Notes under the pieces: generated by a model | What the model was told of the DNA's origin: nothing | What the model saw: only the letters and a program-made list of their open reading frames with translations | Database searches by the model: none | From: Paracoccaceae bacterium | GTDB taxonomy: Bacteria > Pseudomonadota > Alphaproteobacteria > Rhodobacterales > Rhodobacteraceae | Assembly (NCBI GenBank): GCA_041397345.1 | Contig: JAWKWU010000008.1 | Span: 8,704-72,703, forward strand | Direction: 5' to 3' | DNA: 64,000 nt | In this document: piece after piece, positions 1-10,671 of the stretch | Layout of the letters: each line of letters starts with the position of its first letter | Numbering within the stretch: position 1 is the stretch's first letter | Position numbers and translations under genes: made by a program

Positions 1-103
1 CGGTGAAACTGGTCAGCCAGGCGGTATGGCCCGAGGGCGGCACGACGCGGTCTGCCTGACGGGACAGGGCGACAAGGCGGGTCAGGAACGGCGGCAGGGT
101 CAC
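1..103 (-). CDS. ftsX: Cell division permease FtsX, N-terminal fragment (runs off window)
   Basis: GTG at 103 overlaps the ftsE stop (GTGA); translates [34 protein letters not shown]; position directly after ftsE. Confidence 0.75.
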   Translation of the reverse strand, partial: MTLPPFLTRLVALSRQADRVVPPSGHTAWLTSFT

Positions 104-769
104 AGGTCGGCCCCCGCAAGCTGGATGCGGCGGCGCGAGATCCGCAGCACGCGCGCCGCCACCTGCGCCTTGGCCTGGCGGATCAGGTTCAGGTCGTGGG
201 TGGCGACCAGGATGGTCTTGCCCATGCGGTTCAGCTCGACCAGCAGGGTCAGCAGGCGCACCGACATTTCCCAGTCGACGTTGCCGGTGGGTTCGTCGGC
301 CAGGATCACGTCGGGGTCCATGATGATGGCCCGCGCCAGCGCCGCCCGCTGGCGTTCGCCCCCGACAGCGTCGGCGGCAGCGCGTCGGCCAGATGGCCCA
401 GCCCGACCCAGCCCAGAGATCGGTCAGGTCCTGCGTATCGCCGGTCTTGCCCGCGACGGTCAGCGGAAGTTGCACATTTGCAACAAGCGGCAGGTGGTCG
501 AGGAATTGCATGTCCTGATGGACCACGCCGATCCGGCGCCGGGTGCGGGCCACGTCATCGCGCGACAGGCTTTTCACCTCGCGGTCGAAAAGCGTGACGT
601 GGCCGGCGGTTGGCAGCAGGTCGGCGTATGCCAGCTTGAGAAAAGTGGTCTTGCCGGCGCCGGAGGGACCGGTGAGAAAGTGGAACGAGCCCGGAGCCAA
701 CCGGAGGCTGATTTCGGACAGCAGTTCGCCTCCGCCATAGTTGTAGGCCACATTTTCAAAGGCGATCAC
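100..769 (-). CDS. ftsE: Cell division ATP-binding protein FtsE (two single-base frameshifts at about 416 and 361, probably sequencing errors)
   Basis: GTG start [17 protein letters not shown]; Walker [10 protein letters not shown]; [10 protein letters not shown]; signature LSGGERQR restored by adding one base; C-terminal [11 protein letters not shown]...ATHD. Confidence 0.85.
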
Positions 770-938
770 GGATTAGGCCCTTTGCGCAGGTTCCGGGCGG
801 CAGAATGGACCGGGATGATTGCGCTTTCAATCGCATGAGGTTTAACCATTATACAAGTGCAGGACACGGAGCCTTGGATCGCGGCGTGATCGTTGCTACA
901 ACAACGACGGATTGGCGGTTCCGGCTGGAGACATTGGT

Positions 939-1949
939 ATGCGGCTGGTTTGCCCGAACTGCGACGCGAAATACGAGGTGCCGGATGACGCGATTCCGGA
1001 AGGCGGTCGCGATGTCCAGTGTTCAAGCTGCGGTCACGCCTGGTACCAGATGCGCCCCGAGGCCGAGATTGCGGCCGCGGATGAGGCGGCGCTGTTTGGC
1101 GATGACCTGCCGGTGCCAGAGCCGGAACCGGAGTCTGCACCCGCCCCCAGCCTGCTAGAGCCGAGATCGCGAAACCGGAGATTGCAGAACCCGAGGCGCC
1201 GGTAGAGGCGCCGGCCGCGCCGCCGGAGCCTGCGCCAGAGCCTGAGGTGGAGCCGGAGCCGGCAGCCGCCGCGCCCGATGCGACCGAGGCCGCCATTCTG
1301 GCCGCGATGGCCGATGCCGGCGGTGCGTCCACAGCACCTGCCGAGCCGGAGGCCGCCGAAACCGCCAGCCTGCCGCCGCGGCAGGAGCTGGACGACGATG
1401 TGCTGTCGATCCTGCGCGAAGAGGCCGCGCGCGGAGGAAGCCCGGCGCAGCGAGACGCAGCGCGCCGGTGCCCGCCGTGCCGATGCCGAGGGCAGATGCA
1501 GGTGCAGGAGGAACTGGGCGTCGATGCGGCGGGGGCCGCGGCGCCGCTGTCGCCGACCCAACGCCGGCTGGCGATGCTGAAGGGCGAGGATCCCGATGCG
1601 CCGCCCCGAACCGGCCAAGCCCGCGGCCCGCCGCGACCTGCTGCCGGATGTCGAGGAAATCAACTCGACCCTGCAGCCCAGCGACGACGGGTCGGACCCC
1701 GACGCCGAGGTGGACGCGCTGCCGGACCTGATGAAGGGCCGCAGGGGATTTCGCAGCGGTTTCTTCCTGATGCTGCTGATCCTGGTGATCGCCGCGGCGG
1801 TCTATGTCGCGGCGCCAAAGCTGATCGAACAGTTTCCGGGGCTGGAAGGCGGGCTGACGGCCTATGTCCAGGCCGTCGACGGGCTGCGGCTGTGGCTGGA
1901 TGACGTGATGAAGGCGGCGACCCAGGCGTTGAAGGGCGGCGAGGGGTAA
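939..1949 (+). CDS. Zinc-ribbon (MJ0042-type finger) membrane protein; several frameshifts, likely sequencing errors
   Basis: MRLVCPNCDAKYEVPDDAIPEGGRDVQCSSCGHAW with GGAG RBS; Pro/Glu-rich linker; C-terminal RRDLLPDVEEINSTL and TM helix in another frame. Confidence 0.75.
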
Positions 1950-1963
1950 GCCGGGCGGCTGGT

Positions 1964-4429
1964 CTAGAACAGGTCCAGCAGCCGTTTGAGATAATCCAGT
2001 TCTTCGGTCGGCCGTTCGGCCTGGCCCGAGCGGCGGCGGATTTCGTCGAGCAGTTCCTGCGCGCGCTTGTCCGGGTCGTTCTGCACCATGTTGCGGTCGC
2101 TGCCGATGCGGGCGGCGTCGCCGGGTTCGCGGCCCAGCGGGTCCTTGCCGTTCGGGTCGGCGCGGCCGGCCTCTTGCGTGCCGCCGTTTTCCTGGCCCTC
2201 GCGGTTTTCCTGGGCCAGCGCCTCGCCGAATTCCTTCATGCCCTCGCGCATCGCCTCCATCGCGTCGGCCTGATGGTCCAGCGCGCCATCCAGATCGCCC
2301 TGTTCCAGCGACTTTTCGGCCTGTTTCATCGCGTCTTCGGCCCGGTCCAGCGCGTCGCGGCCGGCCTCGCCGTTTTCCGAGCCGTCGCCGGGCAGCTTCT
2401 GGTCCTGCAGATCGCCCAACCGCTGGCGCAATTCGCGCTGACGATCGGCCAGTTCGCCGGGGTCGGCGCCGGGCTGTTCGCCGTTGCGGCCCTTTTGCAT
2501 GTCGCGGTAGGCGTCGTCGGACAGGCCCTGCTGGTCCTTGAGCGTCTCGCCCAGGTCGCGCATCGGCCCCTGGCCTTCGCCCTGGCCGCCCTGGCCCTGG
2601 GTGACCTGAAGGTTTTCCATCAACTGGCGAAGCTGTTCCATCAGCGCCATCGCCTCGGCGGTCTTGCCTTCCTTCATCAGCCGCTCGATCTCGTCCAGCA
2701 TCTGTTGCAACTGGTCGCCGGTGATCTCGCGCCCCTCTCCGTCCTGCGGCGCGCCCTGCGGATTGCGCTGGGCCTCCTCGGAGAGTTCCTGGGTGTATTC
2801 CTTCATCGCCTGCTGAAGTTCCTTCATCAGCTGGTCGATCTCTTCGGGCGAGGCGCCGTTGCGGATGGCCTCTTCCAGCCGGTCCTGGGCGCGTTGCAGC
2901 CGCTCCATCGCGGAATTCAGGTCGCCTTCCTCGAACATCAGGGCGATGTTCCACAGCGTTTCGGCCATGGCGTCGCGCTGTTCCAGAGACATCGCGCCCT
3001 GCATCCGGTCAAGGTCGCGCAGCGCCACCCGCAAATGCAGCGCGGCGCGTTTCGAGCGGAGGAAATCTTCGGGGCGGTTCGACAGGGCCTTGAGGATCTC
3101 GGTGCTGCGCGGGGCGTTCACCCGGTTCCACAAGAGGTCGCGGCGCATCTCGATCACGGCGGCGGCCATCGGGTCAAAGAAGCGCCGGCCGTGCAGCGTG
3201 ACGGGATAGGGCGCGGATTCGGCCACCTGGCCGGCGGCGTCGGTGGCGGCGAAGACCATGGTCACCGGCAGGTTGGCCAGGACGTGCTTTGACAGATCGT
3301 CGACCAGGATTTCGGAAAAATCGGTGCGCCCGCCCTTGAGCGGCATCGGCAGGTCAAGGATGACGGGGGCGACCGGTTCGGGGTCGACGGTCAGGCCGTG
3401 GCGGCGCGTGACGCTGGCAAGATCCAGCGAGATGGTGACCTTGCCGGCGACGACGCCGTAATCGTCGCTGGCCTTGAAGCCCTGCTTGAAGCTGCCGTCG
3501 GCCTCGCGCTTCATCTCGCCCGAAACCTCGATGGCGGGCATGCCGTCGGGGGTGGCGATGACCTGCCATTCGCGGCCGCCGGGGCCCGAAATGGCCAGGG
3601 TTCCCGACTGACTGACCACCAGGTTGGTCAGGCCGGCGATCCCGTCGGGCCTGGGCGTGTCGGGCGTGGCCGAGGCGGGTTCCGGCGCGACCTGCGCCAC
3701 GGTCTGGTCGACCGAAAGGGCGCCGTCATTGCCGTAAAGCCGGATCTGGATGCGGCTGCCGACCGGCAGTTCCAGCGTGGGCGCGGTCACGTCGGCCAGA
3801 TAGACCGAAGGCTTGCCGGTATAGGCGGGCGGCTGCGCCCAGCCTTCCCAGCTGGGACCGCCGGCCGCGGCCTCGGCCGGGCCGGGGGCGATGCCGGCGA
3901 CAGAGGAGACCCGCCAGAGCGAACCGAACAGCGCCGCCATGACCGCGGCGGTCAGCGCGACATAACGCAGCGAATAGGGATCGCGCGAGGAGAGCCGGAG
4001 GTCGGGTGCGACCGGCCTGGCCTGGGCGGCGCGTTCGGCCATGCGGCGCTGGTGGGCGCGCCAGACCGCCAGAGAGGCCGCATCGCCGGTGCCGATGGCC
4101 TGGGTGTCCTGCAGCGCGGCCAGCGGGCGCCCCGGCAGGGTGGCGTCGAGCCGGGCCAGCGCATCGGCCTGTGTCGGGCGGCGGAACTGCCGCCAGCCCC
4201 AGACGGCGGCGACCAGCATGGCCAGCGCCACGGTGCCGGCGGCGATCTGCACCCAGAGCAGCGGCCCCAGATCCTGCACCCCGAAGGCCAGCGCCGAAAA
4301 GGTCAGCAGCAGAATCGTCCAGAGCGGCCAGAAGGCCCGCGCGATGCGTTCGGCCCACAGGCCCAGAAGGGTCAGGCGGCGGGGCCAGACCAGGTCTTGC
4401 AGGATCGCGGCAGGGGGCTTGCCGTTCAT
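1964..4429 (-). CDS. TIGR02302/DUF4175 family membrane coiled-coil protein
   Basis: N-terminal TMs, DP..LR motif, W..PPAYTGKP, Gln-rich helical C-terminus ending ELDYLKRLLDLF; usual position next to lysA. Confidence 0.85.
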   Translation of the reverse strand: MNGKPPAAILQDLVWPRRLTLLGLWAERIARAFWPLWTILLLTFSALAFGVQDLGPLLWVQIAAGTVALAMLVAAVWGWRQFRRPTQADALARLDATLPGRPLAALQDTQAIGTGDAASLAVWRAHQRRMAERAAQARPVAPDLRLSSRDPYSLRYVALTAAVMAALFGSLWRVSSVAGIAPGPAEAAAGGPSWEGWAQPPAYTGKPSVYLADVTAPTLELPVGSRIQIRLYGNDGALSVDQTVAQVAPEPASATPDTPRPDGIAGLTNLVVSQSGTLAISGPGGREWQVIATPDGMPAIEVSGEMKREADGSFKQGFKASDDYGVVAGKVTISLDLASVTRRHGLTVDPEPVAPVILDLPMPLKGGRTDFSEILVDDLSKHVLANLPVTMVFAATDAAGQVAESAPYPVTLHGRRFFDPMAAAVIEMRRDLLWNRVNAPRSTEILKALSNRPEDFLRSKRAALHLRVALRDLDRMQGAMSLEQRDAMAETLWNIALMFEEGDLNSAMERLQRAQDRLEEAIRNGASPEEIDQLMKELQQAMKEYTQELSEEAQRNPQGAPQDGEGREITGDQLQQMLDEIERLMKEGKTAEAMALMEQLRQLMENLQVTQGQGGQGEGQGPMRDLGETLKDQQGLSDDAYRDMQKGRNGEQPGADPGELADRQRELRQRLGDLQDQKLPGDGSENGEAGRDALDRAEDAMKQAEKSLEQGDLDGALDHQADAMEAMREGMKEFGEALAQENREGQENGGTQEAGRADPNGKDPLGREPGDAARIGSDRNMVQNDPDKRAQELLDEIRRRSGQAERPTEELDYLKRLLDLF

Positions 4430-4457
4430 TCACCTCTCCGGTTGGCCGGACAGCGGG

Positions 4458-5723
4458 TCACAGCCATTCGGGCAGCTTATCGCGGGAAAGCATTTCTTCA
4501 AAGGTAGGCCTTTCCCGAATGACAGCGAATTGATCCCCGTTCACCAGCACTTCGGGCACCAGGGGGCGGCTGTTGTATTCCGAGGCCATGACCGCGCCAT
4601 AGGCGCCGGCGCTGCGAAAGGCGACCAGGTCGCCTTCGGTCAGCAGCGGCATCTCGCGCGCCCTGGCAAAGGTGTCGCCGGTCTCGCAGACCGGGCCGAC
4701 GATGTCATAGGGCTGCGTCGGCGCGCCGGCGGCGGTTTCGATCACCGGGATGATGTCATGGTGGGCGCCATACATCGAGGGGCGGACCAGATCGTTCATC
4801 GCCGCGTCGAGGATCAGGAAATCGCGGCCCTCGCCGTTCTTTACCCAGACCACGCCGGTGACCAGCAGGCCGGAATTGCCGGAAATCAGGCGGCCCGGCT
4901 CGATCTCGATCTCGACATCCAGATCGCCCAGGACCCGCTTGATCATCGCGCCGTAGTCGGTGGGCAGGGGCGGCGCCTCGTTCGAGCGGGCATAGGGGAT
5001 GCCAAGGCCGCCGCCCAGGTCCAACCGGCGGATGTCGTGGCCATCGGCGCGCAGGGCCAGCGTCAGTTCGCGGACCTTGGTGAAGGCGGCCTCGAAGGGG
5101 GCAAGGTCGGTCAGCTGGCTGCCGATATGCACGTCGATGCCCACGACCCTGAGGCCGGGCAGGGCCGCCGCCTCGGCATAGGCGGCGCGGGCCTTGGCGA
5201 TGGGGATGCCGAACTTGTTCTCGGATTTGCCGGTGGCGATCTTTTCATGCGTCCTGGCATCCACGTCCGGATTGACGCGGATGGCGACTGGCGCGGTGAC
5301 GCCCATGGCGGCGGCGATTTCGGAAATCGCCCGCATCTCGGGTTCGCTTTCCACGTTGAACTGGCGGATGCCACCTTGCAGCGCGGTGCGGATCTCGGCG
5401 CGGGTCTTGCCGACGCCGGAGAACACGATCCGGTCGCCCGGAACGCCGGCGGCGCGGGCGCGAAGGTATTCGCCGATAGATACCACGTCCATTCCGGCGC
5501 CCAGGTCGCCCAGCGTCTTCAGCACCGCCACGTTCGACAGCGACTTGATGGCAAAGCAGACCAGATGGGGCAGCGGCGACAGCGCCTCGGTGAACAGGCG
5601 GAAGTGGCGGGTCAGCGTGGCGGTGGAATAGACATAGAAAGGTGTGCCCACCGTGGCGGCGATCTCGGGGATGGCCACGTCCTCGGCATGCAGGACGCCG
5701 CCCCTGTGCAGGAAATGATCCAT
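4458..5723 (-). CDS. lysA: Diaminopimelate decarboxylase
   Basis: Start MDHFLHRGG; FAIKS PLP lysine, HIGSQ, DLGGGLG, EPGR, GPVCETGD, GAYG..MASEYNSRP. Confidence 0.96.
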   Translation of the reverse strand: MDHFLHRGGVLHAEDVAIPEIAATVGTPFYVYSTATLTRHFRLFTEALSPLPHLVCFAIKSLSNVAVLKTLGDLGAGMDVVSIGEYLRARAAGVPGDRIVFSGVGKTRAEIRTALQGGIRQFNVESEPEMRAISEIAAAMGVTAPVAIRVNPDVDARTHEKIATGKSENKFGIPIAKARAAYAEAAALPGLRVVGIDVHIGSQLTDLAPFEAAFTKVRELTLALRADGHDIRRLDLGGGLGIPYARSNEAPPLPTDYGAMIKRVLGDLDVEIEIEPGRLISGNSGLLVTGVVWVKNGEGRDFLILDAAMNDLVRPSMYGAHHDIIPVIETAAGAPTQPYDIVGPVCETGDTFARAREMPLLTEGDLVAFRSAGAYGAVMASEYNSRPLVPEVLVNGDQFAVIRERPTFEEMLSRDKLPEWL

Positions 5724-5862
5724 CCCGTCGGTCTCCTGTCTGGCTGGCCGCTGCCCGCGGGGCATAGCGAAAAGCCGGCGCGATATCAAATGGCTTGCGG
5801 CCTGGCACTGGCAAAGCCGCAAAAGCGGGTTAGGTTTCGGGCAAACGGCAGGAGAAGGCACC

Positions 5863-6837
5863 ATGGCACGCACCGTCATCATCGAAGCCCAGGGCGGACC
5901 CGAGGTTCTGCAACTGGTCGACCGCCCCGTGGGCGAACCGGGCAAGGGCGAGGTGCGCGTCGCGCATCGGGCCTGCGGGCTGAACTTCATCGATGTCTAC
6001 CAGCGCAGCGGGCTGTACCCGATGGCCCTGCCGGCCGCGCTGGGCATGGAGGCCTCGGGCGTGGTCGAGGCGGTGGGCGAGGCGGTGACGCATCTGAAAC
6101 CGGGCGACCGGGTGGCCTATGCCGCCACCCCGCCCGGCGCCTATTGCGAGGCGCGGGTGATGCCGGCCGGCCAGGTCTGCCCCCTGCCCGAGGGGATCGG
6201 CTTTGACGAGGGCGCCGCGATGATGCTGAAGGGCATGACGGTGCAATACCTGTTCCGCCGCACCACGCCGCTGCACCGGGGCGAAACGGTGCTGTTCCAT
6301 GCGGCGGCGGGCGGCGTGGGGCTGATCGCCTGCCAATGGGCGCGGGCCGAGGGCATCCGGCTGATCGGCACCGCCGGGTCGGACGAGAAATGCCGGTTGG
6401 CGCTGGACCATGGCGCCAGCCATTGCATCAACTACCGGACCGAGGATTTTCCGGCCCGTGTGCGCGAACTGACCGGGGGCAGGGGCGTGGATGTGGTGAT
6501 GGACAGCGTCGGCAAGGATACGTTCGACGGCTCGCTGGATTGCCTGCGGCCGCTGGGGATGATGATTTCCTTTGGCAATGCCAGCGGCAAGGTGCCGCCG
6601 CTGGATATCGGGGTGCTGGCGGCAAAGGGCTCGCTCAAGGTGACGCGGGCGACGCTGTTCAGCCATATCGCGGACCCGGCCACCTGTCAGTCGATGGCGC
6701 GCGACCTGTTCGGGATGGTGACCTCGGGGGCGGTCAGGATCCGCATCGGGCAGAGGTTTCCGCTGGAGCGGGTGGCCGATGCGCACCGGGCGCTGGAGGC
6801 GCGCGAAACCACGGGCCAGACGATCCTGACGCTGTAG
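5863..6837 (+). CDS. qor: NADPH:quinone oxidoreductase (zeta-crystallin/MDR family)
   Basis: GLNFIDVYQRSGLY, HAAAGGVG, SFGNASG; AGGAG RBS. Confidence 0.9.
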   Translation: MARTVIIEAQGGPEVLQLVDRPVGEPGKGEVRVAHRACGLNFIDVYQRSGLYPMALPAALGMEASGVVEAVGEAVTHLKPGDRVAYAATPPGAYCEARVMPAGQVCPLPEGIGFDEGAAMMLKGMTVQYLFRRTTPLHRGETVLFHAAAGGVGLIACQWARAEGIRLIGTAGSDEKCRLALDHGASHCINYRTEDFPARVRELTGGRGVDVVMDSVGKDTFDGSLDCLRPLGMMISFGNASGKVPPLDIGVLAAKGSLKVTRATLFSHIADPATCQSMARDLFGMVTSGAVRIRIGQRFPLERVADAHRALEARETTGQTILTL

Positions 6838-6838
6838 C

Positions 6839-6979
6839 CTAATGGCCGACGATGCCGACGCGGGCGGTGCCGGTCAGGGTCAGGCCGGGCTGCGCCGCTG
6901 CCTTGGCGGGGGGCTTTGGCGGGCCGTCGGCCCCGCAGGCGGCCAGAAGCAGGGCAGACAGGATCAAGAGGCTGCGCAT
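6839..6979 (-). CDS. Small lipoprotein (46 aa), not in the ORF track
   Basis: MRSLLILSALLLAA-CGADGPPKPPAKAAAQPGLTLTGTARVGIVGH; lipobox LAAC; downstream of argH. Confidence 0.75.
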   Translation of the reverse strand: MRSLLILSALLLAACGADGPPKPPAKAAAQPGLTLTGTARVGIVGH

Positions 6980-6987
6980 CGCGGGAC

Positions 6988-7188
6988 CTAGTTCTTGCCG
7001 GCCACCGAAACGACCTTGCGGCGCGCCGGGTGGATCTTGGGATAACTGCCGGCACCGCTGGCGCCGTAGACATAGCCGGCGCTGGTGCTGACGATGCGCA
7101 CCGGGGCCGGATCTGGATGAAGGTCTTGGGCGTAAGTACCACAGCTGGCAAGGAACGGGAAGGAGAACACAAGTGCTAGCGGCGCCAT
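6988..7188 (-). CDS. Putative small lipoprotein (66 aa)
   Basis: MAPLALVFSFPFLAS-CGTYAQD; lipobox LASC; AAGG upstream; lower GC than flanks. Confidence 0.45.
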   Translation of the reverse strand: MAPLALVFSFPFLASCGTYAQDLHPDPAPVRIVSTSAGYVYGASGAGSYPKIHPARRKVVSVAGKN

Positions 7189-7244
7189 GCGCGACCTTTC
7201 GTGAGTGATGCGATGCTGACAGGAGTATTGCAGCACCGATTCGC

Positions 7245-8648
7245 TCACTTCAACAGACTATGCCAGCGCGCAACCTGCGCGCGCACCTGGGCCGGCGAAG
7301 TTCCGCCGTAAGACAGGCGGGATCGCACCGAATTCTCGACGCCAAGCACCGAAAACACCTGATCGGTGATGCCCGGATGCACCGCGGTCATGTCGGACAG
7401 GTCCAGGTCGGGCAGGTCGCAGCCCTTTCGCTCGGCCAGCGCCACCAGCGTGCCGGTGACGTGGTGCGCCTCGCGGAAGGGCAGGCCGGCCTCGCGCACC
7501 AGCCAGTCGGCCAGGTCGGTCGCGGTGGAAAAGCCCGAGGCGGCGGCGGCCTGCAGCACCTGGCGGTTGGCGGTCATGTCGCCCACCATGCCGGTCATCG
7601 CCGCCAGACCCAGCATCAGGTTGTCGGCGGCGTCGAAGACCTGTTCCTTGTCTTCCTGCATGTCCTTGGAATAGGTCAGCGCCAGCCCCTTCATCACGGT
7701 GAACAGCGCCACCGTCGCGCCCAGGATCCGGCCCAGCTTGGACCGCAGCAGTTCGGCCGCGTCGGGGTTCTTCTTTTGCGGCATGATCGAGCTGCCGGTG
7801 GTCCATTTGTCGGACAGCCGGACAAAGCGGAACTGCGCGCTGGACCAGATCACCAGCTCTTCGGCAAAGCGCGACAGGTGCATGGCGCAGATCGAGGCGG
7901 CGGCCAGGAATTCCAGCGCGAAATCGCGGTCGCTGACGCTGTCCAGGCTGTTGGCCGTGGGCCGGTCGAAGCCCAGCGCCGTTGCGGTCATGTGCCGGTC
8001 GATCGGAAACCCGGTTCCGGCCAGCGCGGCGGCGCCCAGCGGGCATTCGTTCATCCGGCGGCGGGCATCCTCAAAGCGCGAGCGGTCGCGGGCGAACATC
8101 TCGACATAGGCCATCATGTGATGGCCCCATGTCACCGGCTGCGCGGTCTGCAGATGGGTAAAGCCCGGCATGACCCAATCGGCCCCGGCCTCGGCCTGGG
8201 CGACAAAGGCGCGCATCAGCCCGGTCAGGCCGGCGATGGCCTGGTCGCACTGATCGCGGACCCAGAGCCGGAAATCGACCGCCACCTGGTCATTGCGGCT
8301 GCGCCCGGTGTGCAGCCGCTTGCCGGGTTCGCCGATGATCTCGGTCAGGCGGGATTCCACGTTCAGGTGAATGTCTTCCAGCTCGACCTTGAACTGGAAG
8401 GTGCCGGCCTCGATCTCTGACAAGACCGTGAGCAGGCCTTCCCCGATGGCCTGCGCATCGCTATCGGTAAGGATGCCCGTCGCCGCCAACATCGCGGCAT
8501 GGGCGCGCGAGCCCGCGATGTCCTGTGCGTAGAGCCGTTTGTCGAAACCGATCGAGGCGTTGATCGCCTGCATGATCGCGTCCGGCCCTTCGGCGAAACG
8601 CCCGCCCCACATCTGGTTGGCGGCCTGGGAATTGGGGTCTGCGGTCAT
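7245..8648 (-). CDS. argH: Argininosuccinate lyase
   Basis: [35 protein letters not shown]. Confidence 0.97.
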   Translation of the reverse strand: MTADPNSQAANQMWGGRFAEGPDAIMQAINASIGFDKRLYAQDIAGSRAHAAMLAATGILTDSDAQAIGEGLLTVLSEIEAGTFQFKVELEDIHLNVESRLTEIIGEPGKRLHTGRSRNDQVAVDFRLWVRDQCDQAIAGLTGLMRAFVAQAEAGADWVMPGFTHLQTAQPVTWGHHMMAYVEMFARDRSRFEDARRRMNECPLGAAALAGTGFPIDRHMTATALGFDRPTANSLDSVSDRDFALEFLAAASICAMHLSRFAEELVIWSSAQFRFVRLSDKWTTGSSIMPQKKNPDAAELLRSKLGRILGATVALFTVMKGLALTYSKDMQEDKEQVFDAADNLMLGLAAMTGMVGDMTANRQVLQAAAASGFSTATDLADWLVREAGLPFREAHHVTGTLVALAERKGCDLPDLDLSDMTAVHPGITDQVFSVLGVENSVRSRLSYGGTSPAQVRAQVARWHSLLK

Positions 8649-8678
8649 GGGCTGCGGCCTTCGGGAAAGGGAAAGACA

Positions 8679-9215
8679 GTGCGGAAACTTCTGGCGGTTC
8701 TCTACACGGCCCTTGCGCTTGGTGCAAACCCGGCGCTGGCCGAGGTTTCCGCGCTTTTGACCGGCGACATGGCCAAGCTGACGTTGACCGACCCGCAGCC
8801 CTTGCCCGAAGCGGCGCTGCTGACGATGGAGGATGCCGAAGTCACCCTGGCCCAGCATCGCGGCAAGTGGATGGTGGTGAATTTCTGGGCCACCTGGTGC
8901 GCGCCCTGCCGGTCGGAAATGCCGGCGCTGGACCGGTTGCAGGCGGCGATGCCCGATATCGTGGTGGTGCCGGTGGCGACGGGCCGCAACGCCCCCGAGA
9001 CGATCGCGCGGTTCTGGGACGAGGCGGCGATTGCCCACCTGACCACGCTGCGCGACCCGAAATCGGTGATGAGCCGGCAAATGGGCATCGCGGGCCTGCC
9101 GGTCACGGTGATCGTCAACCCCGAGGGGCAAGAGGTGGGCCGGCTGATCGGCGATGCCGCATGGGACGGCCCCGAGGCGATGGCGGTGCTGCGCGCGCTG
9201 ATGGCCGGGGGCTGA
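8679..9215 (+). CDS. tlpA: TlpA-family thiol:disulfide reductase
   Basis: GTG start with signal/anchor; [18 protein letters not shown]; GLPVT; divergent from argH. Confidence 0.88.
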   Translation: MRKLLAVLYTALALGANPALAEVSALLTGDMAKLTLTDPQPLPEAALLTMEDAEVTLAQHRGKWMVVNFWATWCAPCRSEMPALDRLQAAMPDIVVVPVATGRNAPETIARFWDEAAIAHLTTLRDPKSVMSRQMGIAGLPVTVIVNPEGQEVGRLIGDAAWDGPEAMAVLRALMAGG

Positions 9216-9308
9216 CGGCGGGGCGGCAGAGCGGGCGCGTTGCCGCAGGCCGGGGCATCTGCTAGGGTTCGGCATCGTTTCAGCACCTGTCCGATTGGTG
9301 GTTTCGCC

Positions 9309-9914
9309 ATGCCGCATTTGTCCCGCCGCGCCCTTCTTGCCGCTCCGGCCGTTCTGGCCCTGTCATCGCTGCCGGCCGCCGCAGCCGGCCCCATAGGCCA
9401 GACCCGGTCGCTGCGCGGCAGTGGCAAGCTGGTGCATGACGGCCGCCAGTCGCCGCTGTCGGTGGGCATGGTCCTGAACGAGGGCGACACCGTCCGCATC
9501 GGCGCCGGGGCGATTGCGGCGCTGTTCCTGCATACCGAGACCCTGATTCACATGGGCCCCGAGACGCAGGTCACGCTGGCGCGGTATCTGGCCGAGGCGG
9601 GCGGCACCATCACCATCGGCGGCGCGCTGGTGTTCGACCGCCCCGAGGCGGCGCCAAAGGTCGACCTGACGTTCCAGAGCGCATTCGGCGAGATCGGCGT
9701 GCGCGGCACCCGGTTCTTCTTTGGCCCGTCAAAGGGCAAGGTCGCGGTCTTTGTCGACCGGGGCCGGGTGACGGTGTCGAATGCCGGGGTGTCGCGCACC
9801 TTGCGCGGTGGCGACGGCGTGGACCTGGCCCGGGGCCAGCCGCCGTCGGAGGTGTCGCAGTGGAAGGCGCCGCGGATCGAGGCGGCCTTTGCGCTGGTCG
9901 GGCTGAAGCGCTAG
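9309..9914 (+). CDS. FecR-domain periplasmic protein with Tat-like signal
   Basis: [11 protein letters not shown] twin-arginine leader; [16 protein letters not shown] and VDRGRVTV motifs typical of FecR domains. Confidence 0.8.
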   Translation: MPHLSRRALLAAPAVLALSSLPAAAAGPIGQTRSLRGSGKLVHDGRQSPLSVGMVLNEGDTVRIGAGAIAALFLHTETLIHMGPETQVTLARYLAEAGGTITIGGALVFDRPEAAPKVDLTFQSAFGEIGVRGTRFFFGPSKGKVAVFVDRGRVTVSNAGVSRTLRGGDGVDLARGQPPSEVSQWKAPRIEAAFALVGLKR

Positions 9915-9978
9915 CCAAGGGCCTTTACGGCGGCGGTGCGGTCGCGCAACCTTGGGCAGGAACCAGGATCCCAGCAAG

Positions 9979-10671
9979 ATGACCGGTCGCGCCTTCTGGA
10001 AATCGTTTCGCATGTTCGCGCCGCTGCCCCCCGAGGTGCTGGAGGCGCTGGCCGCCGCTGCGCAGCCCCGGCGCTGGGCCGCGGGCGAGGCGCTGTTCCA
10101 GCGCGGCGATGACGGCGACTGGCTGCTGGCGCTGGAAACCGGGCGGATCCGGATCAGCCTGACCACGGTTGCGGGCCGCGACCTGGTGCTGCGGCAGGTC
10201 GGTCCGGGCGAGATGCTGGGCGAACTGGCGCTGTTCGATGCCGAACCGCGATCGGCCGACGCAACCGCGGCCGAGCCTGTCCAGGGCCATGTGCTGACCC
10301 GCGCGGCCTTTCGCGCCATCGCGGAGCGGCACCCGGCGCTGAACCAGGCGGCGCTGGCGCATCTGTCGGCGATGCTGCGCGATACCACCGAGCAACTGGA
10401 ATCGATCGCGCTCTACCAGTTGCGGGCGCGGGTGGCGCGGTTCTTCCTGTTCACGCTGACCCAGCTGAACGGCGAGGATATTCCCGACGGCGCGGCGCTG
10501 CGGCTGGCGGTCAGCCAGGGCGAACTGGCGGCGATGCTGGGGGCCAGCCGGCCCAAGGTGAACCGGGTGTTGCAGGAGTTTCGTGACGAGGGCGTTCTGG
10601 CCGACGATGGCGCCGGGGTCTGGCGCTGTGCTGTCGGCGCGCTGCGGGCCGAGGCGGCGGCGGATGACTGA
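9979..10671 (+). CDS. Crp/Fnr family cNMP-binding regulator (Clr-like)
   Basis: cNMP cassette GELALFDAEPRSADA; HTH SQGELAAMLGASRPKVNRVL; no Fnr cysteine cluster. Confidence 0.9.
   Translation: MTGRAFWKSFRMFAPLPPEVLEALAAAAQPRRWAAGEALFQRGDDGDWLLALETGRIRISLTTVAGRDLVLRQVGPGEMLGELALFDAEPRSADATAAEPVQGHVLTRAAFRAIAERHPALNQAALAHLSAMLRDTTEQLESIALYQLRARVARFFLFTLTQLNGEDIPDGAALRLAVSQGELAAMLGASRPKVNRVLQEFRDEGVLADDGAGVWRCAVGALRAEAAADD

Noticed and set aside
100-1949. ftsE and the zinc-ribbon gene as true pseudogenes or programmed frameshifts
   Set aside because: Single-base repairs restore conserved motifs, there are no internal stops or decay, and similar indels are scattered across the window, so sequencing error is more likely
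9309-9914. FecR as an anti-sigma factor of an iron-uptake system
   Set aside because: No ECF sigma factor or TonB-dependent receptor adjacent; Tat leader and cyclase context fit the CHASE2-associated type
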